32,000 nucleotides of DNA from Candidatus Iainarchaeum sp. GTDB lineage: Archaea > Iainarchaeota > Iainarchaeia > Iainarchaeales > VGJJ01. Shown here piece after piece: positions 16,024 through 24,413 of this stretch (positions are counted from its first letter, which is position 1; every line of letters begins with the position of its first letter). Position numbers and translations under genes: made by a program. The notes beneath the pieces are model-generated. The model was not told where the DNA came from, did no database searches, and was given only the letters and a program-made list of their open reading frames with translations. The stretch lies in the NCBI GenBank assembly GCA_030688545.1, contig JAUYHT010000006.1, positions 270,001 through 302,000 of the forward strand. The letters are read 5' to 3'.

Positions 16024-16042
16024 GCCCGGGAAACTCCCGGGC
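16024..16042 (-). terminator. Hairpin plus T-tract after the micro-ORF pair
   Basis: gcccggg-aaact-cccgggc. On the minus strand it is followed by ttccttccttttt. Confidence 0.45.
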
Positions 16043-16064
16043 GTTAATTTTAATGCCGATCCCG

Positions 16065-16160
16065 TTAGCGGCGGGCGCGGGGGCGCGAGCTTGCGGGGCT
16101 TCGGCGGGCTGAAGCGGCTGGGCTTCGGGCTCTCGAAGAGGCTCTTCGTGCAGCGGCCAT
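16065..16160 (-). CDS. Micro-ORF, 31 aa, Arg/Ser/Ala/Pro-rich peptide
   Basis: Hand-read as MAAARRASSRARSPAASARRSPASSRPRARR*. AAGGAGGG ends 10 nt upstream of the ATG. Too short for the ORF track. It lies in a locally very GC-rich patch, so a structured RNA is an alternative. Confidence 0.35.
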   Translation of the reverse strand: MAAARRASSRARSPAASARRSPASSRPRARR

Positions 16161-16207
16161 GGTGGTGTTCCCTCCTTTTTGGTGATTAATGGATTTGGAA
16201 AGGAGTA

Positions 16208-16273
16208 TTACCTCTTCTTTCCTCTCTTCCCCTTCTTGGCGGGGGTGACTTTTTTAGCCTTCTTTTTGGGCAT
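16208..16273 (-). CDS. Micro-ORF, 21 aa, Lys-rich peptide
   Basis: Hand-read as MPKKKAKKVTPAKKGKRGKKR*. AAGGAG lies 10 nt upstream of the ATG, and a TATA-like tttaaata box about 60 nt upstream. Confidence 0.35.
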   Translation of the reverse strand: MPKKKAKKVTPAKKGKRGKKR

Positions 16274-16498
16274 TTTTTACATTCTCCTTTGAACGATTTT
16301 CTTAAAAAAAATCGTCGCATGGTGTGCAGTCTTCTGGTATTTAAACGTGTATCTTTTTTGGGGCGGTTTGGCGCGCGGGAACGACCGCCTCTCCTAATTT
16401 CGAAGGATGGAACACCCGTGCGCGTTTTCAAAACGGCGCCCTGAATGATGCAGAAATAGACTGTTTTTCGCCATTTTTTCAAATGGCCGAAGGAGGTG

Positions 16499-16978
16499 TC
16501 ACCGCTTTCGGTCATAGCGCCCAATGAGTTGAGCGTCCTGGAGGATGCGGCCCACCATGGCATCCTCGACTTCTTTCTTGGAGACCCCTTCCCATAAATC
16601 CAATTTCCGGTCCAGGGCATAGAGCCGGAAGACATACCGGTGTTCCCTATCCGAGGGGCAGGGGCCGGTGTAGGCATTCTCCCCCTGCGTGTTCCGCCCC
16701 ACCACTCCTTCGGGATTCGTTCCTTCTGGGATAGAAGCCGTGGAGGTGGGAATATCTATTACCACCCAATGGTCCCAGGAGGTGATTTTTTTGGTCATCC
16801 GCACTGATTCCGGGATGTCCGGGTCGTCCATGAGCAGGACGAGCGAGCGGGCATGCCCGGGCACTCCGGTGATGGTGAGGGGTGGGGATATGTTTTCCCC
16901 GTCACAGGTGTACTTTTGGGGAATTTTTTCTCCATGCGCGAATGCGGGGGATAGGAGTTTCATTCGGGCTACCTTCAT
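16499..16978 (-). CDS. PEBP (YbhB/YbcL) family protein
   Basis: ORF 16499..17143. The conserved domain begins at MKVARMKLLSPAFAHGEKIPQKYTCDGENISPPL. Motifs DDPD..P, HW and GPCPP-like GPCPSDREHRYVFRLYAL. Start at 16978 (TATA-like ttataatttt about 25 nt upstream) or 16963. Confidence 0.8.
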   Translation of the reverse strand: MKVARMKLLSPAFAHGEKIPQKYTCDGENISPPLTITGVPGHARSLVLLMDDPDIPESVRMTKKITSWDHWVVIDIPTSTASIPEGTNPEGVVGRNTQGENAYTGPCPSDREHRYVFRLYALDRKLDLWEGVSKKEVEDAMVGRILQDAQLIGRYDRKR

Positions 16979-17171
16979 AAGAGGACTATTTGGAAAATTA
17001 TAAGGATACTTTTCAGGATGCATTAGAAAAGGGAATCCAAAATGGTTTGAAAAGGGGGCCCAGACTGGCGGGGGGGAATGGTATGTTCCCCTTCTTGGGT
17101 CCGAGGCCTCTGGGGAATAACGGTCAAAACGGCCACTGGGCAACTTTTTTTGAATAGGCTTTTGCCAAATA

Positions 17172-17243
17172 AGCCTCTGGCGAGAGTTGAACTCGCGACC
17201 TCCACATTACCAATGTGGCGCTCTACCACTGAGCTACAGAGGC
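17172..17243 (-). tRNA. tRNA-Thr (anticodon GGU)
   Basis: Acceptor GCCTCTG/CAGAGGC, D arm GCTC-AGTGGTA-GAGC, anticodon arm CCACA-TTGGTAA-TGTGG, T arm GCGAG-TTCAACT-CTCGC, discriminator U. 72 nt. Confidence 0.9.
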
Positions 17244-17273
17244 CGTTTTCCTAAAGAGCACGCGGGGGAATCC

Positions 17274-17281
17274 ATTTAAAG
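17274..17281 (-). promoter_or_regulatory. TATA-like box for tRNA-Thr
   Basis: ctttaaat on the minus strand, 31-38 nt upstream of the tRNA 5' end. Confidence 0.4.
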
Positions 17282-17299
17282 TGGGTGGCGGAGCATAGG

Positions 17300-17518
17300 T
17301 TATAGCGTTTTAAGATGAAGGGGAAAGTACTTTTCAGTATGAAAAATGACCCAAATGTCACCCTTTTTCATGAGCGGCGTTCCAATCCGACGAGACTCCC
17401 CCGAAAAAATTTCCTTTCCTTTTCCACTAAAAAAAACCCCATCCTCAAATAGAGGCGCATGAGGGAAGGCGTAAGCGTCGCTTCCGTCCGCTCCCGCATC
17501 CAGAATCGTTTCGGTCAT
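17300..17518 (-). CDS. Hypothetical protein (72 aa)
   Basis: ORF-track entry with balanced composition. No motif recognised, no clear SD. Confidence 0.3.
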   Translation of the reverse strand: MTETILDAGADGSDAYAFPHAPLFEDGVFFSGKGKEIFSGESRRIGTPLMKKGDIWVIFHTEKYFPLHLKTL

Positions 17519-17550
17519 CGGACGCGTTTACATCTATCAAGTCGGAGTGG

Positions 17551-17814
17551 TTGGAAGAAGTGAAAGAGGAAGTGGAGCGGAAGATCGCCATCGAATGGGA
17601 TAGGATGAAGGAATATGCACCTTCTTTCACCCGAAAGATGATCGCCAGAGATTTCGCGCAAGGCAGTGGGAATGATGATGACATGTTCCGTCGGGCCCGG
17701 ATTTTCATGGGAGGAGAAGAGGACAAGACCCTCTATTTCATTTTTTATGATCCCGTGAAGCAACGGTTCTGGTGTCATTCCACCCGGCGCATGGAGGATA
17801 ACTTTCGGGATTAA
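17551..17814 (+). CDS. Hypothetical protein (87 aa)
   Basis: ORF-track entry (TTG start) with a protein-like composition. The overlapping minus-strand ORFs are Ser/Arg-rich and look spurious. Convergent with hisS. Confidence 0.4.
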   Translation: MEEVKEEVERKIAIEWDRMKEYAPSFTRKMIARDFAQGSGNDDDMFRRARIFMGGEEDKTLYFIFYDPVKQRFWCHSTRRMEDNFRD

Positions 17815-17815
17815 C

Positions 17816-19126
17816 TCATTTCAGGATTCGGCGCTCTATTTCTTTCTCCAGTTTCCCTTTCTCATCGAGGGGGATGAGTGTTTCTTCTCCGCTCGTCATA
17901 TCACGGAGGGTAATTCCTCCATTTGCCGTTTCATCTTCACCCAGGATGAGCACCACTGGTATCCCCTGGGAATTGGCATAATTCATGTTTTTGCTTATTC
18001 CGCGGCGCATGAGGTCAATTTCCACACGTAATCCATAGGCGCGCAGCCGGTCAATGACATTCAGACAGGTAGGGAGGGTATCCCCAATGGGGATGACATA
18101 AACTTCCACCCGCGTCTCCTCGAATGTTTCAGCGAGAATATCCACCAGTCGATCCACTCCGAAAGAAATACCCACCGCGGGAAGCGAGGGACCCCCGAAA
18201 TATTGGATGAGCGTGTCGTATCTCCCCCCACCCCCCACGGATGCCGTGATCCCGGCTTGGATCTCGAACACGCTTCCCGTGTAATAGTCCATTCCCCGCA
18301 CGAGGGAAGGGTCATATGTCACGTATTCGTCTTTGCCTTGCGCCCCAAGCAGCGCCATTATCGTTTCAAGGGCCATAATCCCTTGCGTCGCGATGGCACT
18401 CGTCTTGACGTCATTCTTGGTCTTCTCGAGAGCGTCGTTCAAGTAGGTGAGGATGGTGATGGGCAGTTCGGCGGCCTGCAGTTCCTTCCGTACCCCTTCC
18501 TGTCCCAATTTATCCCACTTGTCCAGGATGCGCATGGCCTCCGTAGTACGAGAGGGGGGAATGCCATTCATGCTCATGAGTTCATTCATGATGCGTCGAT
18601 CATTCAGTCGGATGGAAAAATCCTCGAATCCCAATGCCCGCATCGTGTCGATGGCAAATGAGAGGCATTCCGCATCGGCCTCCGGAAAAGGGGAACCGAT
18701 GATGTCCACATCCCCCTGCGTGAATTCCCGGTAGCGGAAGGCTTGAGGGTTTTCATAGCGGTACACCGTTCCCAGGTTGAATGATTTAATGGGTTTAGGG
18801 AGATCAGGATTTCCTATGACTACGCGTGCGAGGGAGGTGGTGAATTCGAACCGTAATCCCAATTGGCGCTTGGATTGGTCCTCGAGACGAAACATCTCTT
18901 TCTGCACCGCGTCCCCCGCGCCCCCTTTGGCGGCGAGGAGATCATAGTATTCAATCACCGGCACCTGCATGGGTTCAAACCCATATTGGAGGGCTTTTTG
19001 GTAAATAATCTGTTCCACCCATCGTTTGACGCGCGCGGGTTTTCCAAGGATGTCGCGCATCCCCTTTACGGGTTGAAGGGGAATCCCTGGTTTCTCGTCA
19101 TCCATACGTGAATTGGATTCGGCCAT
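17816..19126 (-). CDS. hisS: Histidine--tRNA ligase
   Basis: Class II motifs: PVKGMRDIL, FRLEDQSKRQLGLRFEFT, YRYENPQAFRYREFTQGDVDIIG, GGGGRYD, plus a C-terminal anticodon-binding domain. Confidence 0.9.
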   Translation of the reverse strand: MAESNSRMDDEKPGIPLQPVKGMRDILGKPARVKRWVEQIIYQKALQYGFEPMQVPVIEYYDLLAAKGGAGDAVQKEMFRLEDQSKRQLGLRFEFTTSLARVVIGNPDLPKPIKSFNLGTVYRYENPQAFRYREFTQGDVDIIGSPFPEADAECLSFAIDTMRALGFEDFSIRLNDRRIMNELMSMNGIPPSRTTEAMRILDKWDKLGQEGVRKELQAAELPITILTYLNDALEKTKNDVKTSAIATQGIMALETIMALLGAQGKDEYVTYDPSLVRGMDYYTGSVFEIQAGITASVGGGGRYDTLIQYFGGPSLPAVGISFGVDRLVDILAETFEETRVEVYVIPIGDTLPTCLNVIDRLRAYGLRVEIDLMRRGISKNMNYANSQGIPVVLILGEDETANGGITLRDMTSGEETLIPLDEKGKLEKEIERRILK

Positions 19127-19174
19127 AACGTAGTCCCTTCCCCGATGCTATAAAAAAGGGGTGGGAAAGGGGGC

Positions 19175-20029
19175 TTATTCCCCTTTCTGCTTCCACCAGA
19201 GGGATTGGATGAATGCCCCCGCGGCGAGCACGGTGAATAGTCGTCCTGCCCAGGAGTAGGCATCTCCCGGCCCGGTGGATAGGAGGAAATCGGTGGCAAT
19301 CAGAGCGAGCGTCCCCATCCCAATGAGGTGCCACTGCGCGGACTGCGAGGTCTTTCCCCGGTTGAGCAAGGCATACCGGATGGAGGCCAATACGAATAGG
19401 ACTTGGACTATTGTCACCAGCTGCTGGCGCCAGAGCGAAGGAACCCCATCCGCGATGAATAATGATGGGAGGGTCGCGTGGAGTTGGTATAGACCCACCA
19501 GGAACACGATGAGGAGGGCCAGGGACACCATGACGATGTGGGGAGCCGCATGCAGCTTGCCCTGGCGGGGGGCGAATAAGAAGAATATCCCTGACAGCCC
19601 TAATCCGAATACGAGGAGGTAGTAGCCGAGGCTCGCATTGTCTTGGGCGAGCAGGCCGAATAATCCTGCCAATCCTAATCCGATGAACAGGAAGGTGACG
19701 CTCAGCATGCAAAGGGCAATCCCCTGGAAGAGGTCGAATTGGCTGCGCTCGGATACCGCGTGACGGAAGGATTCGGCGGCCACCAGGAGGATGAGGCCTC
19801 CGCTCAGCAAGTACAGAATGGCGCCCCCCCATTCCCATTCGGAGAAAGAGAAATTAGCCGAAAATATTTGGAGAGCGAAATGCACCACCAGCATGAGCAC
19901 AATGAGCACCGGCATGGTGATGCGCGAAGGGAGCAACCATCGAGTGTGCCCTTCATAGTCATAGCGAGCCAGGATCATGCCGGGATGAAACCCATCGCCC
20001 TTTTTAATGGGCGCATCCGGGTTAGGCAA
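19175..20029 (-). CDS. Polytopic integral membrane protein, unknown function
   Basis: 284 aa with about 7 hydrophobic helices. TTG start at 20029, alternative ATG at 19978. The overlapping 246-aa ORF in another frame is Arg/Pro-rich and looks spurious. Confidence 0.6.
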   Translation of the reverse strand: MPNPDAPIKKGDGFHPGMILARYDYEGHTRWLLPSRITMPVLIVLMLVVHFALQIFSANFSFSEWEWGGAILYLLSGGLILLVAAESFRHAVSERSQFDLFQGIALCMLSVTFLFIGLGLAGLFGLLAQDNASLGYYLLVFGLGLSGIFFLFAPRQGKLHAAPHIVMVSLALLIVFLVGLYQLHATLPSLFIADGVPSLWRQQLVTIVQVLFVLASIRYALLNRGKTSQSAQWHLIGMGTLALIATDFLLSTGPGDAYSWAGRLFTVLAAGAFIQSLWWKQKGE

Positions 20030-20132
20030 TAAAACCCATGCTCTTTTTCACGAGGGATTTTCCATTTCCAGGGAAAAAGCGGCCCATAAAAAGGGCTTTT
20101 CATAAACCTTTTCCTTCGAATTCCATTGGAAT

Positions 20133-20204
20133 GGCCCGTGCGGTGTGACGGTCGCATCCCAGCCTGTGGAGCTGGTGGAGGGGGTTCGACTCCCCCCATG
20201 GGCA
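20133..20204 (+). tRNA. tRNA-His (anticodon GUG) with a genome-encoded G at -1
   Basis: G(-1) at 20133. Acceptor GCCCGTG/CATGGGC (one G-U), anticodon arm CCAGC-CTGTGGA-GCTGG, T arm GGGGG-TTCGACT-CCCCC, discriminator A at 20204. Confidence 0.9.
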
Positions 20205-20253
20205 CTCATTTGGTAACAGTTTGAGGGGAAATTATCCTCTTTTCAACAAATTA

Positions 20254-20889
20254 TCATACGCCGAACCCGATCGAACTGAAAATGGCGAAAACCAGAATTG
20301 GAATAAGTACTATAAGCAAACCAAATAGGATGACCAATAATATCATCCGGGCAATGAACGCTTGCCACACCTTTATTCTATTTGCGACGGCACTCGCGAG
20401 AATGGACAAGTAAAAGCTATAGAACAACATGATAACCAAAAGAATCATGATTATCCAAGCGATTACGGGAACAACGCTCGCGATGATACTCATGAGTATT
20501 AAGATTATCATCGTTGGGATATCAACTACCGATTGCAGGTAGACGTTTTGGGCATAGGTCCCATTGGATTTGAAAAGTTTGGAGAATAGTTTGTCCATTC
20601 CAGACGTAAAGCCGAAGTAGAGAAACATGGCCACTGAAAAGAAGATTGAAATAAAAAGTAGGGCCATCAGCACGGCCCCTGCCACTTCCAATCCTGAGGT
20701 GCCTTCAGGAACCATCGGTAGTTCATCGACGAAAACAGCCAGGATCGATAAAACAAGACCCACTATGAACCCCCATACCAGGAAGCGCTTGGCCGCGAGA
20801 CGGGAGTCCGCGAATGAAAGCTCGCGCTTAAGGATTTCCCTGGGTTTGAGGAGCACACCAAAGTTAAGGTCGAATATCCTTTCGGTCAT
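20254..20889 (-). CDS. Yip1-domain-like polytopic membrane protein (AT-rich gene)
   Basis: 211 aa. The N-terminal FGVLLKPREILKRE segment followed by five hydrophobic helices fits the YIP1-family layout. By-eye call. Confidence 0.5.
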   Translation of the reverse strand: MTERIFDLNFGVLLKPREILKRELSFADSRLAAKRFLVWGFIVGLVLSILAVFVDELPMVPEGTSGLEVAGAVLMALLFISIFFSVAMFLYFGFTSGMDKLFSKLFKSNGTYAQNVYLQSVVDIPTMIILILMSIIASVVPVIAWIIMILLVIMLFYSFYLSILASAVANRIKVWQAFIARMILLVILFGLLIVLIPILVFAIFSSIGFGV

Positions 20890-21032
20890 GGCAAGGGCAA
20901 TGATTCAAGATATTTAAACTTTTAGGGGATGGTTGTTTCGCCAGGAAGAGAGGGGGTTGGCTTATAATCTTGTATCAGAGAGAATGTGGTGTCGACCTGT
21001 AGTATTGTGAACAGGTTTTGTCAATGAATAAA

Positions 21033-21106
21033 GCCCGTGTGGTGTAGTCTGGACAGCATAAAAGCTTGCGGAGCTTTAGACCTGGGTTCAAATCCCAGCA
21101 CGGGTG
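21033..21106 (+). tRNA. tRNA-Arg (anticodon GCG)
   Basis: Acceptor GCCCGTG/CACGGGT (G1-U72 wobble), anticodon arm AAAGC-TTGCGGA-GCTTT, T arm CTGGG-TTCAAAT-CCCAG, discriminator G. 74 nt, followed by a hairpin ggggatt..aatccc and T-runs. Confidence 0.85.
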
Positions 21107-21283
21107 TTGGTGGGGATTCGTACAATCCCTCCATTTTATTTTCGTCTTTGGTTTTAAAAAAAAAAATGAGTCGCCTCAATCACTTTTTTCAAAATGTGAC
21201 GGTTGCCAGGATTTGTTTCCCGCGCCCCCAAACAAGCGCAATCATACTAAAGGGTGTAACGACTCAAATACGTATTCGGAATT

Positions 21284-22474
21284 TCAGCTCGACCCGGGAG
21301 GATAAGGGTTGGGTGCGGGAGCGGGGATGGGGGCGGGAGGAGCATCCGCGGGAGGCTCTTCCACGTGCTCGTACGTGGGGGTGCTGACATCGTCAGTGGT
21401 GGGAGGGGGCGAATAGGACCAGGAGGAGGGAGAGCTGGGGGTTTCGGGCACCGGTTCGGGGGCGTCTTGGCGCACGTCCTGCTCCCACCCCGCGATAGGA
21501 GAAGTTGGGATATAGGTTTCTTTGGGGATGTAGTTCGAGGCGATTGTTCCAAACACCGTGGCCATGGGTTGAATAATGAAGGTGGCGGCGAGAAAGTAGA
21601 GCAGCGAGCCCAACAGCGCGGCGAAAACCCAATAGTTTTCCCTCACGAAGGTGAAGCCGGGAACCTTGTCTTGCACCTGCGCCACAATAGCTTGCGGATC
21701 GAGTTGGCTTTGTTGTTCCCGCACTTGCGCCAGGATGGCGGCGCGATAGGATGGATCATCCAGGCTGGCGAGAGTGAGGTCGATGAGTTGGACGAAGGAT
21801 TGGGCATCCGGGTCACTGCTGCCCCGGAGGTTCTGGAAATCAACGGAGGTGGTGATTTGGGTTAGGGTGTTGCGCTGGGATTGGATGAGGAAATCCGCTG
21901 TCACCTGATCCACGTCCAATTGAGAAAGGATGCGTCCTCCGAAGAGGGAGGCCTCGAAATCATGGTAGAGGGCGTCCCCCTGCGGCGCGGCGAATAAAGC
22001 CAGCGTCACCAGTACCCCGACCCCTAAAATCTGGAGTCCACGTTGCGCCCCATTGAAGCTACTGCGGAAAACGGGGAAGTTCTTGAGTTCCATTCGCTTG
22101 ATGCGCGTGGTTTCAAGCATGAGGGGGATGCTTCCTAAGTAGAAGAGGGACAATGGATACCATTGGGCGAAATTCCCCCAAACCACAGCGGCAATGGCCA
22201 GGGCCAGAATCGTTGGAATGAGGGTCGCGATGTACACCCTGCCCCTTTCGTCCTTGTCCGAGTAGGCGGTGAACAATCCGATAGTGAGAGAGAAGAATAC
22301 TGCGAATAATACAAATGTTCCGCTGATCAACACACTCAGAGCGTCCACATTTCCGATGGCCGTGAGCAATTGGTCAGGGGTCAGGCGGAGTTCATTGAGG
22401 AAAAAGGCCCACGCGAGCGTGGTCAGGAACACGAGTGCGCCGATTATGAGCGGCTTGTGCACATCCTCATTCAT
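21284..22474 (-). CDS. Integral membrane protein with a Pro-rich C-terminal tail, unknown function
   Basis: ORF 21284..22648. The ATG at 22474 forms an ATGA overlap with the MetAP stop (22471-22473). Several TM helices; the tail reads ...PEPVPETPSSPSSWSYSPPPTT...PPADAPPAPIPAPAPNPYPPGSS. Confidence 0.6.
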   Translation of the reverse strand: MNEDVHKPLIIGALVFLTTLAWAFFLNELRLTPDQLLTAIGNVDALSVLISGTFVLFAVFFSLTIGLFTAYSDKDERGRVYIATLIPTILALAIAAVVWGNFAQWYPLSLFYLGSIPLMLETTRIKRMELKNFPVFRSSFNGAQRGLQILGVGVLVTLALFAAPQGDALYHDFEASLFGGRILSQLDVDQVTADFLIQSQRNTLTQITTSVDFQNLRGSSDPDAQSFVQLIDLTLASLDDPSYRAAILAQVREQQSQLDPQAIVAQVQDKVPGFTFVRENYWVFAALLGSLLYFLAATFIIQPMATVFGTIASNYIPKETYIPTSPIAGWEQDVRQDAPEPVPETPSSPSSWSYSPPPTTDDVSTPTYEHVEEPPADAPPAPIPAPAPNPYPPGSS

Positions 22475-23376
22475 ACCAGGCGCTTGACTGAATCCTGGTT
22501 TATTAACATGGTAGTCTCGAATTGGGCCACGATGGCCCCCTTCTTCTCCCGCAACACTGGATGAGGGGTGATGGCACCAAATTTCACCAGGTCGCGCAGC
22601 GCGGTCTTTCGGGAGAAATCCGACATATCCAAATCGCGGGCGAGCCATCGTTCCGCGAAGGGCAATCCTTCATAGTGTTCGAGGCAGAAATCAACCATGC
22701 GGCGCGCATGGGGATTGCGAACGGGCACCTTTTCATGCACTTCGAAAATTTCTATTTGGGGGGCCTCGAAAATTTCTCCATTTCCCCGGATGGAAGCGAA
22801 GGGTTCCATGGCGTAGGCATGTCCCTCTTCAATGGGGGATGGGTCGTCATTGGCAATATTTGGAATGGTAGGGGAACAGTGAGCCGTGTAGGCGTCGAGT
22901 CCGTGGCCGGACAAGTTGAGAATGGGATCCACCCCATATTTTTTCAGGGTGCCCCCGATGGCGGCTCCAAGAACTCGTACTTCCACTCCCATTTTGACTT
23001 CCTTGAACCCCGCTTCCAGAGCGGCTTGCGTGGCGGTGACCAAGTTGGCCACTTCCGCGTCGCCAGAGAAATCAAGTGTGAAGGCCGCGTCGACAATGTA
23101 CCCGTCATGGTGCACCCCGATGTCCACTTTCAACACATCCCCTTTTTTCACCAGCGTCTCGTCCCCGGCGGATGGAGTATAGTGGGCGGCGATGTCATTC
23201 AGGGATAAGTTGATGGGAAAGGCGATGCCGCACCCGTTTTTTTTTGTCAAGGCCTCAATCTCTTCCGCGATATCCAATAGTTTCACTCCCGGCTGGATCA
23301 TATCCCGCGCTTTCTGGCGGCAGAGCGCATGCACTTTAGCGGCGGTCTCGTAATGGGCAACAATGAGGGGGTCCAT
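22471..23376 (-). CDS. map: Methionine aminopeptidase (archaeal/type-2-like)
   Basis: Metal ligands lie in VDIGVHHDGYIVDAAF, GHGL, YAMEPF and AQFETT. The length and the inserted helical subdomain are typical of archaeal MetAP. Confidence 0.9.
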   Translation of the reverse strand: MDPLIVAHYETAAKVHALCRQKARDMIQPGVKLLDIAEEIEALTKKNGCGIAFPINLSLNDIAAHYTPSAGDETLVKKGDVLKVDIGVHHDGYIVDAAFTLDFSGDAEVANLVTATQAALEAGFKEVKMGVEVRVLGAAIGGTLKKYGVDPILNLSGHGLDAYTAHCSPTIPNIANDDPSPIEEGHAYAMEPFASIRGNGEIFEAPQIEIFEVHEKVPVRNPHARRMVDFCLEHYEGLPFAERWLARDLDMSDFSRKTALRDLVKFGAITPHPVLREKKGAIVAQFETTMLINQDSVKRLV

Positions 23377-23513
23377 ACCTTTACTCGGAGGGTAATATTG
23401 TTAAACGATGGCCTTTGAACCAATGCTTTTCAGGGGTTCAGTGAACACCCCCTTCTTCCTTGGTTAAGGTCGGATCAAAAGACCCAGCCGCAAGCGGAAG
23501 TAGCAATAAAGAT

Positions 23514-24335
23514 CTAAATTGAAATGGGTTCCAGGAAGCGGGCGTGTGGGAAACTTAAGCGAGTGGATTCAATCTTTTTGATTTCATCAATATAGATTTT
23601 CCTTATGGCATCCTTTACTTTATCATTTAGCACCACATTTCGAGCCTTTGCAATTTCACCTTTCTTAGCCAATGATATAACTGATTTCTTATTGCCACCA
23701 TACTTTATGAATAGAACTTCAGGAAGACGATTATTTCCAGATAAAAAATCGCCAAATGGTTCGTGATGTTTTTCGAAGTAATCTTGAATGTCGTCATTAA
23801 TTTGTCGAATTATTCCTATAGAATGAGCAATTTTTTCTAATTTTTTACTCGGTTTTTTATTTGCTAACAATTGTCCCACATTAAATCCCGTAGAAACATG
23901 CCCACCCGTGAATAAACGAACAGCTAGAAAATAGTTTTCAAAACTACTTGACTTGTTTGAGGAGGAGATTAAAATCTCACCACGATATAAGTCAAATAAA
24001 TAACCATGAATAGCTTGAAATAATTCAATCTTAAATGAATCCTTTGTTTTTAATAAATTAGAAATCTTTGTCATTTTTCGAATGGATTCAAACCGCAGTT
24101 TTTCTGCTTTGATTATAGTAAATGGAATTCCTTCTTGAACATAAATACAAGCTTTTCCGTTACGCGTTTTTGAGGCATCAATAATATCATCAAGCATCAT
24201 TACAGAATCATCAAGACCATTAGATATTTCTCTAAGCAATTTTTCATGGTTGGATGGAAACTTTTTTGCAGTTGCAAACTCATATCCTGCTTTCACATAT
24301 ACTGCAAAACTTTTTTCGAATTTTTGCAATGCCAT
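23514..24335 (-). CDS. Short polyprenyl (trans-isoprenyl) diphosphate synthase-like protein
   Basis: Both aspartate-rich motifs are present (MMLDDIIDASKTRNG and QINDDIQDY). At 273 aa it is shorter at the N-terminus than typical enzymes. The gene is very AT-rich. Confidence 0.65.
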   Translation of the reverse strand: MALQKFEKSFAVYVKAGYEFATAKKFPSNHEKLLREISNGLDDSVMMLDDIIDASKTRNGKACIYVQEGIPFTIIKAEKLRFESIRKMTKISNLLKTKDSFKIELFQAIHGYLFDLYRGEILISSSNKSSSFENYFLAVRLFTGGHVSTGFNVGQLLANKKPSKKLEKIAHSIGIIRQINDDIQDYFEKHHEPFGDFLSGNNRLPEVLFIKYGGNKKSVISLAKKGEIAKARNVVLNDKVKDAIRKIYIDEIKKIESTRLSFPHARFLEPISI

Positions 24336-24413
24336 GATAATCCTATAAAAGTACTAAATAAAAACCAGCAGAGATAAAATTATGTAGTCATAATACTTTC
24401 TCTGCTTAAATCG

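Noticed and set aside
16380-16470. Possible C/D-box sRNA (ctgaatgatgc contains CUGA and a UGAUGC C-box-like motif)
   Set aside because: No matching terminal C box (RUGAUGA) or D box (CUGA) lies at the required spacing on either strand.
16186-16677. 163-aa ORF spanning the PEBP 3' end and the micro-ORF region
   Set aside because: It overlaps PEBP out of frame, has low-complexity Arg/Pro/Gly content and lacks an SD. The two SD-preceded micro-ORFs explain the region better.
17120-17180. 8-nt match (gcctctgg) between the tRNA-Thr 3' end and a site about 45 nt downstream, as a possible att repeat
   Set aside because: An 8-mer match is expected by chance in a window of this size, and it has no flanking similarity.
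17023-17229. 68-aa ORF overlapping tRNA-Thr
   Set aside because: It runs through the tRNA gene on the same strand, so the tRNA explains the sequence.
19098-19838. 246-aa ORF overlapping the membrane-protein gene 19175-20029 in another frame, and similar shadow ORFs (598-951, 2244-2750, 9170-9655, 22522-23208, 24818-25411, 25871-26242)
   Set aside because: These are Arg/Pro/Gly-rich translations in alternative or antisense frames of well-supported genes, as expected for GC-rich coding DNA.
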